Source of the DNA: an uncultured Chloroflexia bacterium
Lineage (GTDB): Bacteria; Chloroflexota; Limnocylindria; Limnocylindrales; CSP1-4
Length of the DNA: 64,000 nt
Assembly (NCBI GenBank): GCA_963718085.1
Contig: CAVQYA010000001.1
Coordinates: forward strand, 196,811-260,810
Direction: 5' to 3'
The notes under the pieces are model-generated. The model ran no database searches, had not been told where the DNA came from, and was given only the letters and a program-made list of their open reading frames with translations. A program made the translations under genes and the position numbers. Of this stretch, positions 1 through 11,388 are shown piece by piece (within the stretch, counting starts at the first letter, position 1; each line of letters opens with the position of its first letter).

Positions 1-73
1 CCGCCGGGAACCCGGCGCGCCGGTCGCTGCCAGTCTCCATCGCACCAGACACTTCCAGGAGGAACCCGAATCC

Positions 74-1705
<1,632 letters not shown>

Positions 1706-1723
1706 TCTCGACGCAGCACACGC

Positions 1724-1761
1724 GAAGGGGGTCCCGGCCGGGAACGGCCGGGACCCCCTTC
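1724..1761. terminator. Intrinsic-terminator-like hairpin shared by convergent groEL and the downstream lipoprotein gene
   Basis: Perfect 17-bp inverted repeat GAAGGGGGTCCCGGCCG / CGGCCGGGACCCCCTTC around a GGAA loop, 19 nt after the groEL stop. No U-tract, which is common in high-GC genomes. Confidence 0.55.
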
Positions 1762-1957
1762 CGATTCGCGGCCAACGCCCAGGGCGTGGCGGAGGGCTCG
1801 CTGCTCGCGCCCGGCCGGTCCGGGCGGCCGCCAGGCCATCGGCCCGGCGTGACGCCGGTCCGGGCCGCACTGGGGCGATGCACGTGCGCCAGCGTCAGGC
1901 CTGCGGCGACCTGGAGTCCGGGCTCGCGCGTGTCGGTCGCCCTTCTCGGCGGCGGGC

Positions 1958-2770
1958 CTACTTCACCTTCTGCTTCGAGACCGACACGGCGTACGCGTCG
2001 ATCGCGTCGACGCTGGGGTAGTCGCCGTAGAACTCCCATGGCGGGGGACCGGAGGCGGGCAGCGAGAGGGACGCCGCGCAAGTCGGGGTGCTTCCGGCAA
2101 TGGTCCTGTACTGGAGGTCGTTGCCGGTCCTGGCCACGACCACCCGGACCTTCTGGGTGTACCTGTACCGGATGATCTGGCCCACTGCACCGTCGCTCTT
2201 CCGCGTGTAGGTCCCGCACGAGCCGACCTTCGCGGACTTGGCCTCGTCCACGCAGACGACGAGCTGGATGGGACCGGGCCAGAGATCGTCGAGCCACTTG
2301 ACGTTGATGTCGTAGCCATCGTGCCCGTAGCTGATGGATGGCTCGGCATACCAGGAAGAACCCCGGCCCACGATGACCAGCGGGTGGACGGTGCCGGCGT
2401 ACTTGGCTGCGTGGGGTATGGGTGTCCCCGAGCAGGCTGCCATGAGCTCGTCTTCGGTGACGCGTGGAGTCGGCGCGGGCGTCGGCGTCGGAACCGGTGT
2501 CGGCGCGACGGCCGGCGTCGGCGTCGGAACCGGTATCGGCGTCGGAACCGGTGTCGGCGCGACGGTCGGGGCCGGGGTGCCGATCGGCAGGTTCTTGCCC
2601 GGCGGCGGCGATTCGAGGATCTGGAACGGCGGCAGCGATTTCGTGGGCCCGGGCGTCGGGCTCTCGGGCGGAAGCGGGGTCACGTAGATGATGACCGGCG
2701 TGGGTGGCGCAGCGCCGGCACAGCCAGCAGCCAGCGCCGCAAGAGCCGCGTAGCAGACCATCCTGCGCAT
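1958..2770 (-). CDS. Secreted lipoprotein with a Pro/Thr-rich linker ([31 protein letters not shown]) and a C-terminal domain of unknown function
   Basis: The real start is the internal Met ([17 protein letters not shown]), a typical signal peptide plus lipobox. The ORF-track N-terminal 198 aa upstream of that Met is a GC-rich read-through. The linker is encoded by 15/30-bp tandem repeats at ~2460-2600. Confidence 0.55.
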   Translation of the reverse strand: MRRMVCYAALAALAAGCAGAAPPTPVIIYVTPLPPESPTPGPTKSLPPFQILESPPPGKNLPIGTPAPTVAPTPVPTPIPVPTPTPAVAPTPVPTPTPAPTPRVTEDELMAACSGTPIPHAAKYAGTVHPLVIVGRGSSWYAEPSISYGHDGYDINVKWLDDLWPGPIQLVVCVDEAKSAKVGSCGTYTRKSDGAVGQIIRYRYTQKVRVVVARTGNDLQYRTIAGSTPTCAASLSLPASGPPPWEFYGDYPSVDAIDAYAVSVSKQKVK

Positions 2771-3074
2771 CACGTCGATCTCCGTGGGACGCTCCGCTGG
2801 GCCGGTCTCGCCAGCGACCCGGCGCGGTCCCGACGGCCGATGGGTCCGCGCGTCGGGGTCCGTCGCCGGCTGGCGTGTGCTCCGGGTCATGGGACGCCGT
2901 GCGCCGCCGCCGGGCAAGGGCTGAGAGTCACGAACGGCAACGGCCGGCACCCGGGTTCTCCGCCAATCCTCGGATGGATAGCGACGGGACCGGGGGGTCG
3001 ACCCGATGCGGTACCCTGCGCCGCAGGGAACGTTGAACTCGGGAACGTCATCCACGAGCGCCGCGAGGTCGGAG

Positions 3075-4262
3075 ATGGGCGACCGCGCTCGACTGCTGTC
3101 ACTGGCGCTGGCGTTTGCCCTCGTCGCGGGGTGCGCCGGCGACGCCGGATCGCCCACCGGCACACCCGTTGAGACGCGGGTGCCCCCGACCTCCGCCGCG
3201 CCGGAAGCATCGACGAGCCCATGCGCCGTCGCGGTGACGCACCTCGCGGCGTTCACCCAGCGACTGGCTGACAGGCTGGCATCGCTGCGGCCGCTCGTGG
3301 TGGCCACCCCGTTCGACTCGGCCGGGGCAGCCGGCGCGATTCGCCTCGTGTCCGGGACGCTCACGAGCTACTCCGGGCTCGAGCGGAGGCTTGGGGCCTG
3401 CGAGGCGCTCGCGGGCCTGGGCCGGCAGGTCGGGTCTCTGACCGACCGCGCCGAGGTCGCCCTCCGGGACGCCCTGGCTGCCCCCAATCTCGATGCGAAG
3501 GTCCAGCGCGCGTCCGCCGTCGACCTGCTTGGGCTGCTGCCCGAGGTCCTGGCGCTCTCGGAAGCGGCGAAGGGCATTGCCGCCAGCCTCGGGGTCCAGG
3601 TAGCACTGGCAACGGAGCCTCCTGGTTCGGACAGGCCCGTCGGCTCGCTCGCGCCGCTGCCGACTCCGACACCGAAGCCGACACCGAAGCCGACACCGAA
3701 GCCGACACCGACGCCGAAGCCTCCGAAGGCCGCGGCCGTCGCGGCGTCCTTCTTCGGCGCGGGCGTGAAGGTCACGACATATCGGGTCACGGGCGGCACG
3801 CCGGGCGAGATCTCCCGTTCGATGTCCGCGAACGGGCCCTACAGCAGCTGGGCCGGGGCGAATGCGTCGGGCCAGACGAGGATGACGGCGAGCTACCGCT
3901 TCGTCTTCTCCACGGATTGGTCCGGGGCCTGCAGCATCGCGGTGGAGGCCAATCCGGCGGTCAAGCTGACCTACACCATCGTCCTGCCGCGCTGGAGTCC
4001 TCCATCCGGCACTTCGGCGACGACCGTCCACTGGTGGAACGACGAAGTCCACCTGATCGCGACCCACGAGAAGGCACACGTTTCCATCTACAGGACGGCC
4101 GCCAAGCGGGCGAACTCGGTCCTGGCCTCGAGCACCTGTGGGAATGCGACCAGCCGTCTCGAGCACGTCTGGGCCGACGCCAAGCGCGACAACTGCGAGT
4201 TCGACATGAAGGAGTACGGGTCGGCGCTGGGCCTGACCCTGGAATCCTGCCTCGCTCGATGA
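3075..4262 (+). CDS. Lipoprotein with a (TPKP)n linker and a C-terminal HExxH (HEKAH) putative Zn-metallopeptidase-like domain, possibly DUF922-like
   Basis: Start at the internal ATG (MGDRARLLSLALAFALVAGC, lipobox) with GAGG upstream. There is a PTPTPKPTPKPTPKPTPTPKPP linker. A conserved-looking HEKAH motif with downstream Cys residues is present. The gene is divergent from the preceding lipoprotein gene. Confidence 0.5.
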   Translation: MGDRARLLSLALAFALVAGCAGDAGSPTGTPVETRVPPTSAAPEASTSPCAVAVTHLAAFTQRLADRLASLRPLVVATPFDSAGAAGAIRLVSGTLTSYSGLERRLGACEALAGLGRQVGSLTDRAEVALRDALAAPNLDAKVQRASAVDLLGLLPEVLALSEAAKGIAASLGVQVALATEPPGSDRPVGSLAPLPTPTPKPTPKPTPKPTPTPKPPKAAAVAASFFGAGVKVTTYRVTGGTPGEISRSMSANGPYSSWAGANASGQTRMTASYRFVFSTDWSGACSIAVEANPAVKLTYTIVLPRWSPPSGTSATTVHWWNDEVHLIATHEKAHVSIYRTAAKRANSVLASSTCGNATSRLEHVWADAKRDNCEFDMKEYGSALGLTLESCLAR

Positions 4263-4314
4263 CGGCCGAATGCCGGAGGGAGCCGGCCGCCCCAGGCGAA
4301 CCAGGGAGGCTTCG

Positions 4315-4875
4315 ATGACCGACCAGCCGACCAGCCAGCCGCCCACCAGCCAGCCGTCGGTCCACCAGCCGACAGGCCGGCCTTCCGCCGACCAGCCGCC
4401 GGCCAACCAGCCATCGGCCGACCGCGCCTTCCTCGAGGTCGCCATCGAGCAGGCACGGATCGGCCGGGACGAGGGCGGGGTCCCGATCGGGGCGGCGCTC
4501 GTCGCCGACGGACGGGTCATCGGGGCCGGGCACAACCGGCGAGTCCAGCAGGGGAGCGCGATCCGCCACGGCGAGACAGACGCTCTCGAAGTCGCCGGCC
4601 GCCTGCCCGCCTCCGTCTACCGGCGGTCCACGATGTACACGACGCTGTCGCCGTGCGACATGTGCACCGGCGCGATCCTCCTCTACGGGATCCCCCGCGT
4701 CGTGATCGGGGAGAACCGGACCTTCGTCGGGGGCGAGGACTACCTGCGCTCGCGCGGGGTGGAGGTCGTCAACCTCGACTCGGACGCGTGCGTCGAGCTG
4801 ATGCGCGAGTTCATCGCCGCGCACCCCGACGTCTGGGACGAGGACATCGGGGAAGAGTCTGCCGTGGCTGGCTGA
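4315..4875 (+). CDS. Yeast-type (FCY1-like) cytosine deaminase, CMP/dCMP-deaminase zinc-binding fold
   Basis: HGE…(T/S)PCDMCTGAI zinc motif and a C-terminal …FIAAHPDVWDEDIGE, closely resembling Fcy1. ATG at 4315 with GGGAGG 6 nt upstream. The N-terminal Q/P/S-rich tail (PTSQPPTSQPSVHQP) is low complexity. Confidence 0.8.
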   Translation: MTDQPTSQPPTSQPSVHQPTGRPSADQPPANQPSADRAFLEVAIEQARIGRDEGGVPIGAALVADGRVIGAGHNRRVQQGSAIRHGETDALEVAGRLPASVYRRSTMYTTLSPCDMCTGAILLYGIPRVVIGENRTFVGGEDYLRSRGVEVVNLDSDACVELMREFIAAHPDVWDEDIGEESAVAG

Positions 4876-4976
4876 CAACCGCCTGACTGGGGGAGCCAGA
4901 ACTGCCAAGACAATGCTCGCCCACTGGTTTGACTCGGAATCTGGCCGAGCGTAGGCTGTCAGCGGAGGCAGCAGAG

Positions 4977-5195
4977 ATGCCGAACGAGACGAAGCCAGCC
5001 ATCACCCGCGACCCGGAGACCCATAGCGGAGCACCTGTATTCACGGGGACGCGGATTGCCGTAAGGGTTCTGTTTGACTATCTCGCCGACGGACAGTCGG
5101 TTGCCGACTTCGTGAAGCACTACCCGTCGGTGTCGCGCGCCCAGGCCGTCGCGGCGCTCGAAGAGGTCGAAGCGCTCCTCGAAATGACGGCGTGA
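4977..5195 (+). CDS. DUF433 family protein (antitoxin-like partner of DUF5615)
   Basis: …PVFTGTRIAVRVLFDYLADGQSVADFVKHYPSVSRAQ is the DUF433 signature. ATG at 4977 with GGAGG 10 nt upstream is preferred over the ORF-track start at 4929. Confidence 0.65.
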   Translation: MPNETKPAITRDPETHSGAPVFTGTRIAVRVLFDYLADGQSVADFVKHYPSVSRAQAVAALEEVEALLEMTA

Positions 5196-5578
5196 TCCCG
5201 ATGCGGGTCGTCCTTGACGAGGACATCCCGAGGGAACTCTCGCCGTTGTTTCGTGCCCCTGGACTGACCGTCCAGCACGTCGAGGAGATCGGACTCAAGG
5301 GCAAGACGAACGGCGAGCTGCTCTCGGTGCTGTCCGGCACCTGCGACATCCTCGTCACCGGCGACACGAACCTTGGGCATCAGCAGAACCTCCGCAAGTT
5401 CGACCTCGCCATCGTCCTGATCCACCCGCAGAGGTTGGTCGTCGATCAGATCGTGGGCCTGATCCCGCTTGCGGTCGCTGCGTTTCCGACCGCTCGGAAG
5501 CACGCCGTCACGATGATCGGCGTTTCCTGGGAGCCCGCCGACGCTGCCGCTGTCGTGGACTCGGACTCCACCGGATAG
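5192..5578 (+). CDS. DUF5615 (Mut7-C/PIN-like) protein, toxin-like partner of DUF433
   Basis: MRVVLDEDIP…ILVTGDTN motif. GTG at 5192 overlaps the upstream stop (GTGA). An alternative ATG lies at 5201. Confidence 0.6.
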   Translation: MIPMRVVLDEDIPRELSPLFRAPGLTVQHVEEIGLKGKTNGELLSVLSGTCDILVTGDTNLGHQQNLRKFDLAIVLIHPQRLVVDQIVGLIPLAVAAFPTARKHAVTMIGVSWEPADAAAVVDSDSTG

Positions 5579-5661
5579 GCAGGTCGCCGTTTGACGGGGC
5601 CGCGCTCGTGGGGCACGCTGGAAGCGACTCGTCCGCCCCCTGGACGCCGCCCGAGGGTCCC

Positions 5662-6507
5662 ATGCCCTTCCGATCCGCCGGCCGGACCGCGCGTCTGGCG
5701 CTCGCCGCCCGCCCCGCCACTCGCGCGTTCGCCGCGCTCGCGCTCATGGCGCTGGCCGTGTCCGCCTGCGGGTCGAGTGCGCCCGCGCTGACCGATCCCG
5801 GCGCGATCCTCCAGGAGGGCGCGGCCTCGCTCAGCGCCATGACGTCGTTCCACCTGCGTGGGACGGTCGACGGCGAGGTGCCCCTGGGCCTCGGCGGGGT
5901 CGGAGGCGGTGGCGGGGGCGCGGGCGGGGGCGTGCCGGTGCCGCTCGACGGGACGACCATGGACGGCGACATCGACGTGGCCGGGCGCGCTCTGGCCGTC
6001 GAGCTGATCGCCCCTGCGCTGCTCAACCTCCGCGTCAACGTCGTGGTCGCGGATGGGTCGGCTTACCTGAAGCTGCCGCTCGTCACGGGGAAGCGCTGGG
6101 TCCGCCAGTCGGCAGGTGGTGGCATCGGCGCGGATCCGACCGCCGCCGTCGCGGGCCTGGCCGCCATCCTGGCACGGCCGGAGCTGCGACCCGAGAAGCT
6201 GCCCGACACGCGCTGCACGGGCACCGACTGCTACAGCGTCCGATTCACCGTCCCGGCCGGCGAGGTGCGCGACGCCCTCGGTTCGCTCGGCAGCGCGATC
6301 CCCGGGCTGTCCGCGGACGTCGTGGGCGACGTCACGGTGACCGTTGGCGTTCGAAAGGACGATCTGCGACTCGCGACGCTCGGTCTCGACGTGCCCGCCG
6401 GCGGGACGAAGCCGCTGGCGATCAGCCTGGAGCTCAGCAAGGTCAACGAGCCGGTGACGATCACCCCGCCTCCGGCCGACCAGGTGGACGCCCCGCCGGG
6501 CGGCTGA
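5662..6507 (+). CDS. Lipoprotein (signal peptide plus lipobox AVSAC), possibly LppX/LprAFG-like, with a Gly-rich loop GGVGGGGGGAGGG
   Basis: Start at internal ATG 5662 (MPFRSAGRTARLALAARP…ALAVSAC). The family assignment is tentative. Confidence 0.45.
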   Translation: MPFRSAGRTARLALAARPATRAFAALALMALAVSACGSSAPALTDPGAILQEGAASLSAMTSFHLRGTVDGEVPLGLGGVGGGGGGAGGGVPVPLDGTTMDGDIDVAGRALAVELIAPALLNLRVNVVVADGSAYLKLPLVTGKRWVRQSAGGGIGADPTAAVAGLAAILARPELRPEKLPDTRCTGTDCYSVRFTVPAGEVRDALGSLGSAIPGLSADVVGDVTVTVGVRKDDLRLATLGLDVPAGGTKPLAISLELSKVNEPVTITPPPADQVDAPPGG

Positions 6508-6703
6508 CGACACCGGGCGGCCCCCGCCGGGGCATCCGACCGCCGCCCACGCTCCGCCGGGCGGCCGACCGCCGCCGCCGGTGGTTGACCGCCGCCGCCC
6601 GCCGCCCCGCCGCCGCCCGCCGCCTGCGCACGGTCGCCCCGCCCCGCCGACGCCCTGCCGCCCCGCCGCATGCCGCCCGGCAACCGGCCGTGAAGCGGCC
6701 GCC

Positions 6704-6709
6704 GGTACA
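6704..6709 (+). promoter_or_regulatory. Candidate -10 box TACAAT placed for a leaderless pcrA transcript
   Basis: TACAAT lies 8 nt upstream of the GTG at 6718. That is the spacing expected if transcription starts at or next to the start codon, as is common in Actinobacteria. Confidence 0.3.
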
Positions 6710-6717
6710 ATCGAAGC

Positions 6718-9655
6718 GTGGATCCCGCCCCCTCCTGGCTCGACGAGCCGCTGCCGCTTCCCGACGCCCCGCCGGAGGACGACCCGGAGGGCGGCGTCTT
6801 CGGCGGCGACGCTCCCGAACCCGGCGCCGAGCCGCGCCGGCGGCGCGGCAGCTCCCCCGGGCGCGGCAGCTCCCCCGGGCGCGGCAGCTCCCCCGGGCGC
6901 GGCAGCTCCCCCGGGCGCGGCAGCTCCCCCGAGCCAGGCAGCTCCCCCGAGCCCGACGCGGAGCCGTCCTGGCTGGCCGAGCCCGGCCCCGAACCCGGCG
7001 CCGAGACCTCCGTGCCGCCGCGCGACCGCGGCCTCGCAACGGGCGTCGCGTCGCGCGAGGAGCTGGCGGCGAAGATCACCGACCGCCTCAATCCCGGAGC
7101 AGGCCCGGGCCGTCACGACGACCGAGGGCCCGCTGCTGATCCTCGCGGGCGCCGGTTCGGGCAAGACCCGCGTGGTGGCCCACCGCGTGGCGTACCTGGT
7201 CGGCGTGAAGAACGTCGCCCCGTGGCGGATCCTGGCAGTGACCTTCACGAACAAGGCGGCCGGCGAGATGCGGGAGCGGATCGTCGCCCTCGTCGGGGCC
7301 GACGACGGCCGCAAGGTCGAGATGGGCACCTTCCACGCCCTCTGCGCCCGGATCCTCCGCCGCGACGGCGCCGCGATCGGCCTGAGCCCCCGCTTCGTGA
7401 TCTACGACACCGACGACCAGCAGAGCCTCATGAAGCAGGCCTTCCGGGACGTGGACCTCCCGATCCAGGGCGGCGCCCTCCGCCCCCGGTCGGTCCTCGA
7501 GGCGATCAGCCGGGCCAAGAACAACCTCGAGTCGGTCGAGGACATGGTCGAGGCGGCCTCCAGCCACCACGAGCGGGAGGTCGCCCGCGTCGCCACCCGC
7601 TACGCCGAGCGCCTCAAGGCCGCCGGCGCCCTCGACTTCGACGACCTCCTCGTCGAGACCGTGCGCCTCCTCGAGACGAGGCCCGAGGTGCTTGCCCGCT
7701 ACCAGGCCCGCTGGCGCTACCTCCACGTCGACGAGTACCAGGACACCAACGCCGCCCAGTACCGGATCGTGCGGGCGCTCGCGGCGGCCCACCACAACCT
7801 CTGCGTCGTGGGCGACGACGACCAGTCGATCTACGCCTGGCGCGGCGCCGACCTCCGCAACATCCTTGACTTCGAGCGCGACGAGCCCGGGGCCACGGTC
7901 GTCAAGCTCGAGCAGAACTACCGGAGCACCGCCCTGATCCTGCGTGCCGCCCACGCGGTCGTCGCCAACAACGAGGGCCGCAAGGAGAAGGAGCTCTGGA
8001 CCGAGCGCGCCGGCGGCCGGCCGATCGCTCGCTTCGAGGCCTACAACGAGGAGGAGGAGGCCGAGTGGATCGCCCGCCAGGTCGAATCCCTCCTCGGCGG
8101 CAGCGCCGGCGCGCTCACCCGGCGAGCCGACGAGACCGACCAGATGCGGGCGAAGGAGATCGCCGTCCTCTACCGGACCAACGCCCAGTCGCGGGCGATC
8201 GAGGAGGCCTTCCTGCGCTACGGGCTCCGCTACCAGCTCATCGGCGGCACCCGCTTCTACCAGCGCCGCGAGGTGAAGGACGCCCTGGCCTACCTGCGGG
8301 TCCTGCGCAGCGACACCGACGCCGTGGGCTTCGAGCGGATCATCAACCTCCCGGCGCGCGGCATCGGCGATCGGACCCTCGAGATCCTGCGGCTCGCGGC
8401 GGCCGAGCCGGAGCAGACCTACTGGAGCGGCCTCGAGCGGGCGGCCGCGGGCGAGCTGCTCCTGCTCGGGGCCCGGGCGCGGACCGCCCTCGCCGACTTT
8501 GCCGCCCTCGTGCGCCGGCTCCGGAGCCGGGTCGGCGCGCTGGGCCTGCCGGAGCTCCTCGACGAGGTGCTGGAGGCCTCTGGCTACCGGGCCATGCTCG
8601 CCGACGGCACCGAGGAGAACGAGGAGCGCTGGCGCAACCTCCTCGAGCTTCGCTCGGTCACCACCCGCTACGACGACCTCGCCCCCGACGACGCCCTCGA
8701 TCGGCTCCTCGAGGAGACGGCCCTCGTCGCCGACCAGGACGCCTACGAGGCCGACGCCGACGCGGTCACCCTGATCACCCTCCACGCGGCCAAGGGGCTC
8801 GAGTTCGGGGCGGTCTTCATCTCGGGGATGGAGGAGGGCGTCTTCCCCCACAGCCGGGCCCTCGAGGACGCGACCCAGCTCGAGGAGGAGCGCCGCCTCG
8901 CCTACGTCGGCATCACCCGGGCGAAGGAGCGGCTCTTCCTCTCCCACGCCTGGCAGCGCGCCACGTGGGGACCGCGCGGCGGAGGGCCGTCGGTTCCATC
9001 GCGCTTCCTGTTCGAGATCCCGGCCGAGCTGATGGAAGGTCCGCACCTCGCGCCGGGGGAGGGGAGCGACGCCGCGTACGACCTCGACCTCGCCTTCGGC
9101 GCCCGGCGGAGCAGCCGCTTCGGGACTGCGATCCGGGCCGGCGGCGGCGCCTGGCGGGCGGGGAGCGGCCGCCCGGGTGCACCCACGGACGGCCAGCCAT
9201 TCGTGCCCAGTCGCGATCTCGCGGCGCGCCGGCGCGCGTTCGACGCCGGGGCGCCCTCGGGGTCGCTCGCCGTGCCGGGCAGGCGCGCGTTCGGCGATCG
9301 CCCGGGCGTCGACGAGGACGCCGCCGACGACCGCTTCGGCGCCGACCTCGACCACCCCGACGCCGCGTTCCCCGAGGACCTGCCGGTGCGCCGTCTCGCC
9401 CCGCTTCCTTTGGCCGACGCCACGAGCCTGCGCCCCGGCGCCGCGCCGGCCCGCCCGGCGTCGACGTCCCGCGTCCGCGTCCCCGGGGAGCGTCTCTTCC
9501 GGGACGGCGACCGCGTCGCCCACGCCCGCTTCGGCGACGGCGTCGTGGTGACCAGCAAGCTCACTCGCGACGACGAGGAGGTCACCGTCGCCTTCCGTTC
9601 GGGCGGCGTGAAGACCCTGCTCGCCAGCATGGCCAACCTGGAGCCCGCCCGATGA
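6718..9655 (+). CDS. pcrA: ATP-dependent DNA helicase PcrA/UvrD family, with a ~125-aa low-complexity N-terminal extension and an apparent +1 frameshift at ~7094-7097
   Basis: From [29 protein letters not shown] onward the protein is collinear with PcrA to the C-terminal Tudor-like domain. The segment …EELAAKITDRLNP is in the neighbouring frame. A single extra G in CCCGGAG joins the two frames. An alternative in-frame GTG start lies at 7012. Confidence 0.85.
6845..6955 (+). repeat. Exact 18-bp tandem repeat GGCAGCTCCCCCGGGCGC, four perfect copies plus two variant copies, in-frame in the pcrA 5' region (GSSPGR)4(GSSPEP)2
   Basis: Seen directly in the sequence. The period is a multiple of 3, so it stays in frame. 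Coordinates are approximate to ±3 bp. Confidence 0.9.
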
Positions 9656-9900
9656 GCGGCGCGGCCGCCGACCAGCCCGGCGCCAGGCCGGCGCCGCCGG
9701 CCAACCTCGAGCCCGCCGGATGACGCCGACCCACTTCGAGCCTGCCGGACGACGCCGTCCGGCCCCGCACCCGGCCGCTGACCCCGGCGCACCCGGTGCC
9801 CCATGACCGACCCCACCGCCGACCGCCCGGCACCCGCCGGCTGACGCCGACCAACCTGGAGCCCGCCCCATGACCGACCCCACCGCCGACCGCCGCCGCT
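9630..9900 (+). repeat. Diverged tandem duplications of the pcrA 3' end / lldD 5' end (motifs AACCTGGAGCCCGCCNNATGA ×3 and CCCCATGACCGACCCCACCGCCGACCGCC ×2)
   Basis: Seen directly. This creates a 13-codon upstream ORF, MTDPTADRPAPAG*, whose first 8 codons are identical to the lldD start. Confidence 0.8.
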
Positions 9901-11015
9901 CGCTTCTCGCGCCGGCGCGCGAGCCGGACCCGCGGGCCCTCGCCGCGCTCAGCCTGGCCGAGCTCGCGCCGCTCGCGCGAGAGCGGATGGCGCCCGCCGC
10001 CTGGGATTACGTCTCCTCGGGGGCCTGGGACGAGATCTCGCTCGCCGAGAGCGAGTCCGCCTGGCGCGCCGCCCGGCTGCGGCCACGCGTCCTCGTCGAC
10101 GTCGCCCGCGTGGACACGTCCACGACCCTGATGGGCGCCCCGGCCTCCGTGCCGTGGGCCATCGCCCCCATGGCCGTCCAGGCGCTCGCCCACCCGGACG
10201 CGGAGCTGGCGGTGGCGCGAGCGGCGGCCGCCGCCGGCGTTCCCCTCATCCTCGCGACCCTCTCGAGCGCCTCGCTGGAGCAGGTCGCCGCCGTCGCGCC
10301 CGACGCGACGCGCCTCTTCCAGCTCTACGATCAGCACGATCGGGGAGTGGCCCGCTCGCTCGTGGAGCGGGCCGCCGCGGCCGGCTACCGGGGGCTGGTG
10401 GTGACGGTCGACCTCCCCGTCCTCGGCCACCGCGAGGCGGATCGCCGCAACGCGTTCACCCTGGACTTCCCGCTGGGGAACCTACCGGCGGGCCGCCCGG
10501 GCGCCGAGGAGGCGATCGTCGAGGGCGCCCTCGCCCGCCTCGACGGGATCGGCGGCGACTCCACCCTCACCTGGACGGACATCGAGAAGGTCGCCGGCTG
10601 GTCGGGCATGCCGCTGATGCTGAAGGGGATCCTTGCCCCGGAGGACGCGCGGCGGGCGGTCGAGATCGGGGCGGCAGGAATCGTGGTCTCGAACCACGGC
10701 GGGCGGCAGCTCGACCGCGCGATCGCCCCGCTCCATGCCCTGCCGGCGATCGTCGAGGCCGTCGACGGCCGGGCCGAGGTCTGGGTCGACGGCGGCGTGC
10801 GCCGCGGGATCGACCTCGCCGTCGCTCGCGCCCTTGGCGCGCAGGGAGTGCTCGTGGGTCGCCCCGTCTACTGGGGCCTGGCGGCCGCCGGCGAGGCCGG
10901 CGTCGCGAAAGTCTGCGCCCTGCTGGCCGACGAGCTGCGCCGCGCCATGGCCCTCCTCGGCGCCCCCACGCTCGCGGACCTGCATCCCGGGATGGTGGTG
11001 CTGCCCCCCGCATAG
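9870..11015 (+). CDS. FMN-dependent alpha-hydroxy-acid dehydrogenase (L-lactate dehydrogenase / glycolate oxidase family)
   Basis: Full-length match to the LldD/GOX family (…SNHGGRQLD…, TIM-barrel FMN motifs). Confidence 0.85.
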   Translation: MTDPTADRRRSLLAPAREPDPRALAALSLAELAPLARERMAPAAWDYVSSGAWDEISLAESESAWRAARLRPRVLVDVARVDTSTTLMGAPASVPWAIAPMAVQALAHPDAELAVARAAAAAGVPLILATLSSASLEQVAAVAPDATRLFQLYDQHDRGVARSLVERAAAAGYRGLVVTVDLPVLGHREADRRNAFTLDFPLGNLPAGRPGAEEAIVEGALARLDGIGGDSTLTWTDIEKVAGWSGMPLMLKGILAPEDARRAVEIGAAGIVVSNHGGRQLDRAIAPLHALPAIVEAVDGRAEVWVDGGVRRGIDLAVARALGAQGVLVGRPVYWGLAAAGEAGVAKVCALLADELRRAMALLGAPTLADLHPGMVVLPPA

Positions 11016-11079
11016 GCGAACGCGATTGGCTCCGAGAGCGGACGTTGCGAGGCCCGAGGTCTCGGTCGTCGGCGGTGGC

Positions 11080-11388
11080 CTACGGATTCGTGAGGATGCC
11101 GTGCCGGCCGATCCGCCGCCATCGGACGGCGAGGTCGCCGTCGATCCGGATCCACTCGAACGTCGCCCGCCCGTCCGGTCCCGAGAAGCTCCACGTCATC
11201 TCGAATACTCCCGGGGCGCCCTCAACGTCCCTGACCCGCAGCGACGACGGCCAGGCGGTGGCCGGGTCCGCGGCGTAGCGCTCGCAGGCGGCGACGAACG
11301 TCGGGAGAACCTCCGCGACGAGTCGGCGCTCGCTCTCCGAGAGACGGCGTCTGTCCGCCCGGAAGGCGTCGGTGACCTCGAACTTCAC
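11080..11388 (-). CDS. Putative toxin (102 aa, uncharacterized, possibly RelE/ParE-like) of an AbrB-type TA pair
   Basis: Its ATG overlaps the upstream antitoxin stop (ATGA). It is small and basic (…WRRIGRHGIL). I do not recognise the family. Confidence 0.4.
   Translation of the reverse strand: MKFEVTDAFRADRRRLSESERRLVAEVLPTFVAACERYAADPATAWPSSLRVRDVEGAPGVFEMTWSFSGPDGRATFEWIRIDGDLAVRWRRIGRHGILTNP

Noticed and set aside
1958-3364. N-terminal 198 aa of the ORF 1958..3364 and the upstream parts of ORFs 28398..29852, 25287..26348 and 35318..36523
   Set aside because: Open reading continues upstream only because stop codons are rare at this GC content. Signal peptides, RBS positions, 4-nt coupling overlaps or repeat boundaries mark the real internal starts.
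5446-9883. Very long minus-strand ORFs (5446..7329, 7088..9883, 8902..9816) antisense to pcrA
   Set aside because: These are GC-rich shadow ORFs: Arg/Ala/Gly/Pro-rich, with no recognisable domains. They overlap a strongly supported helicase gene.
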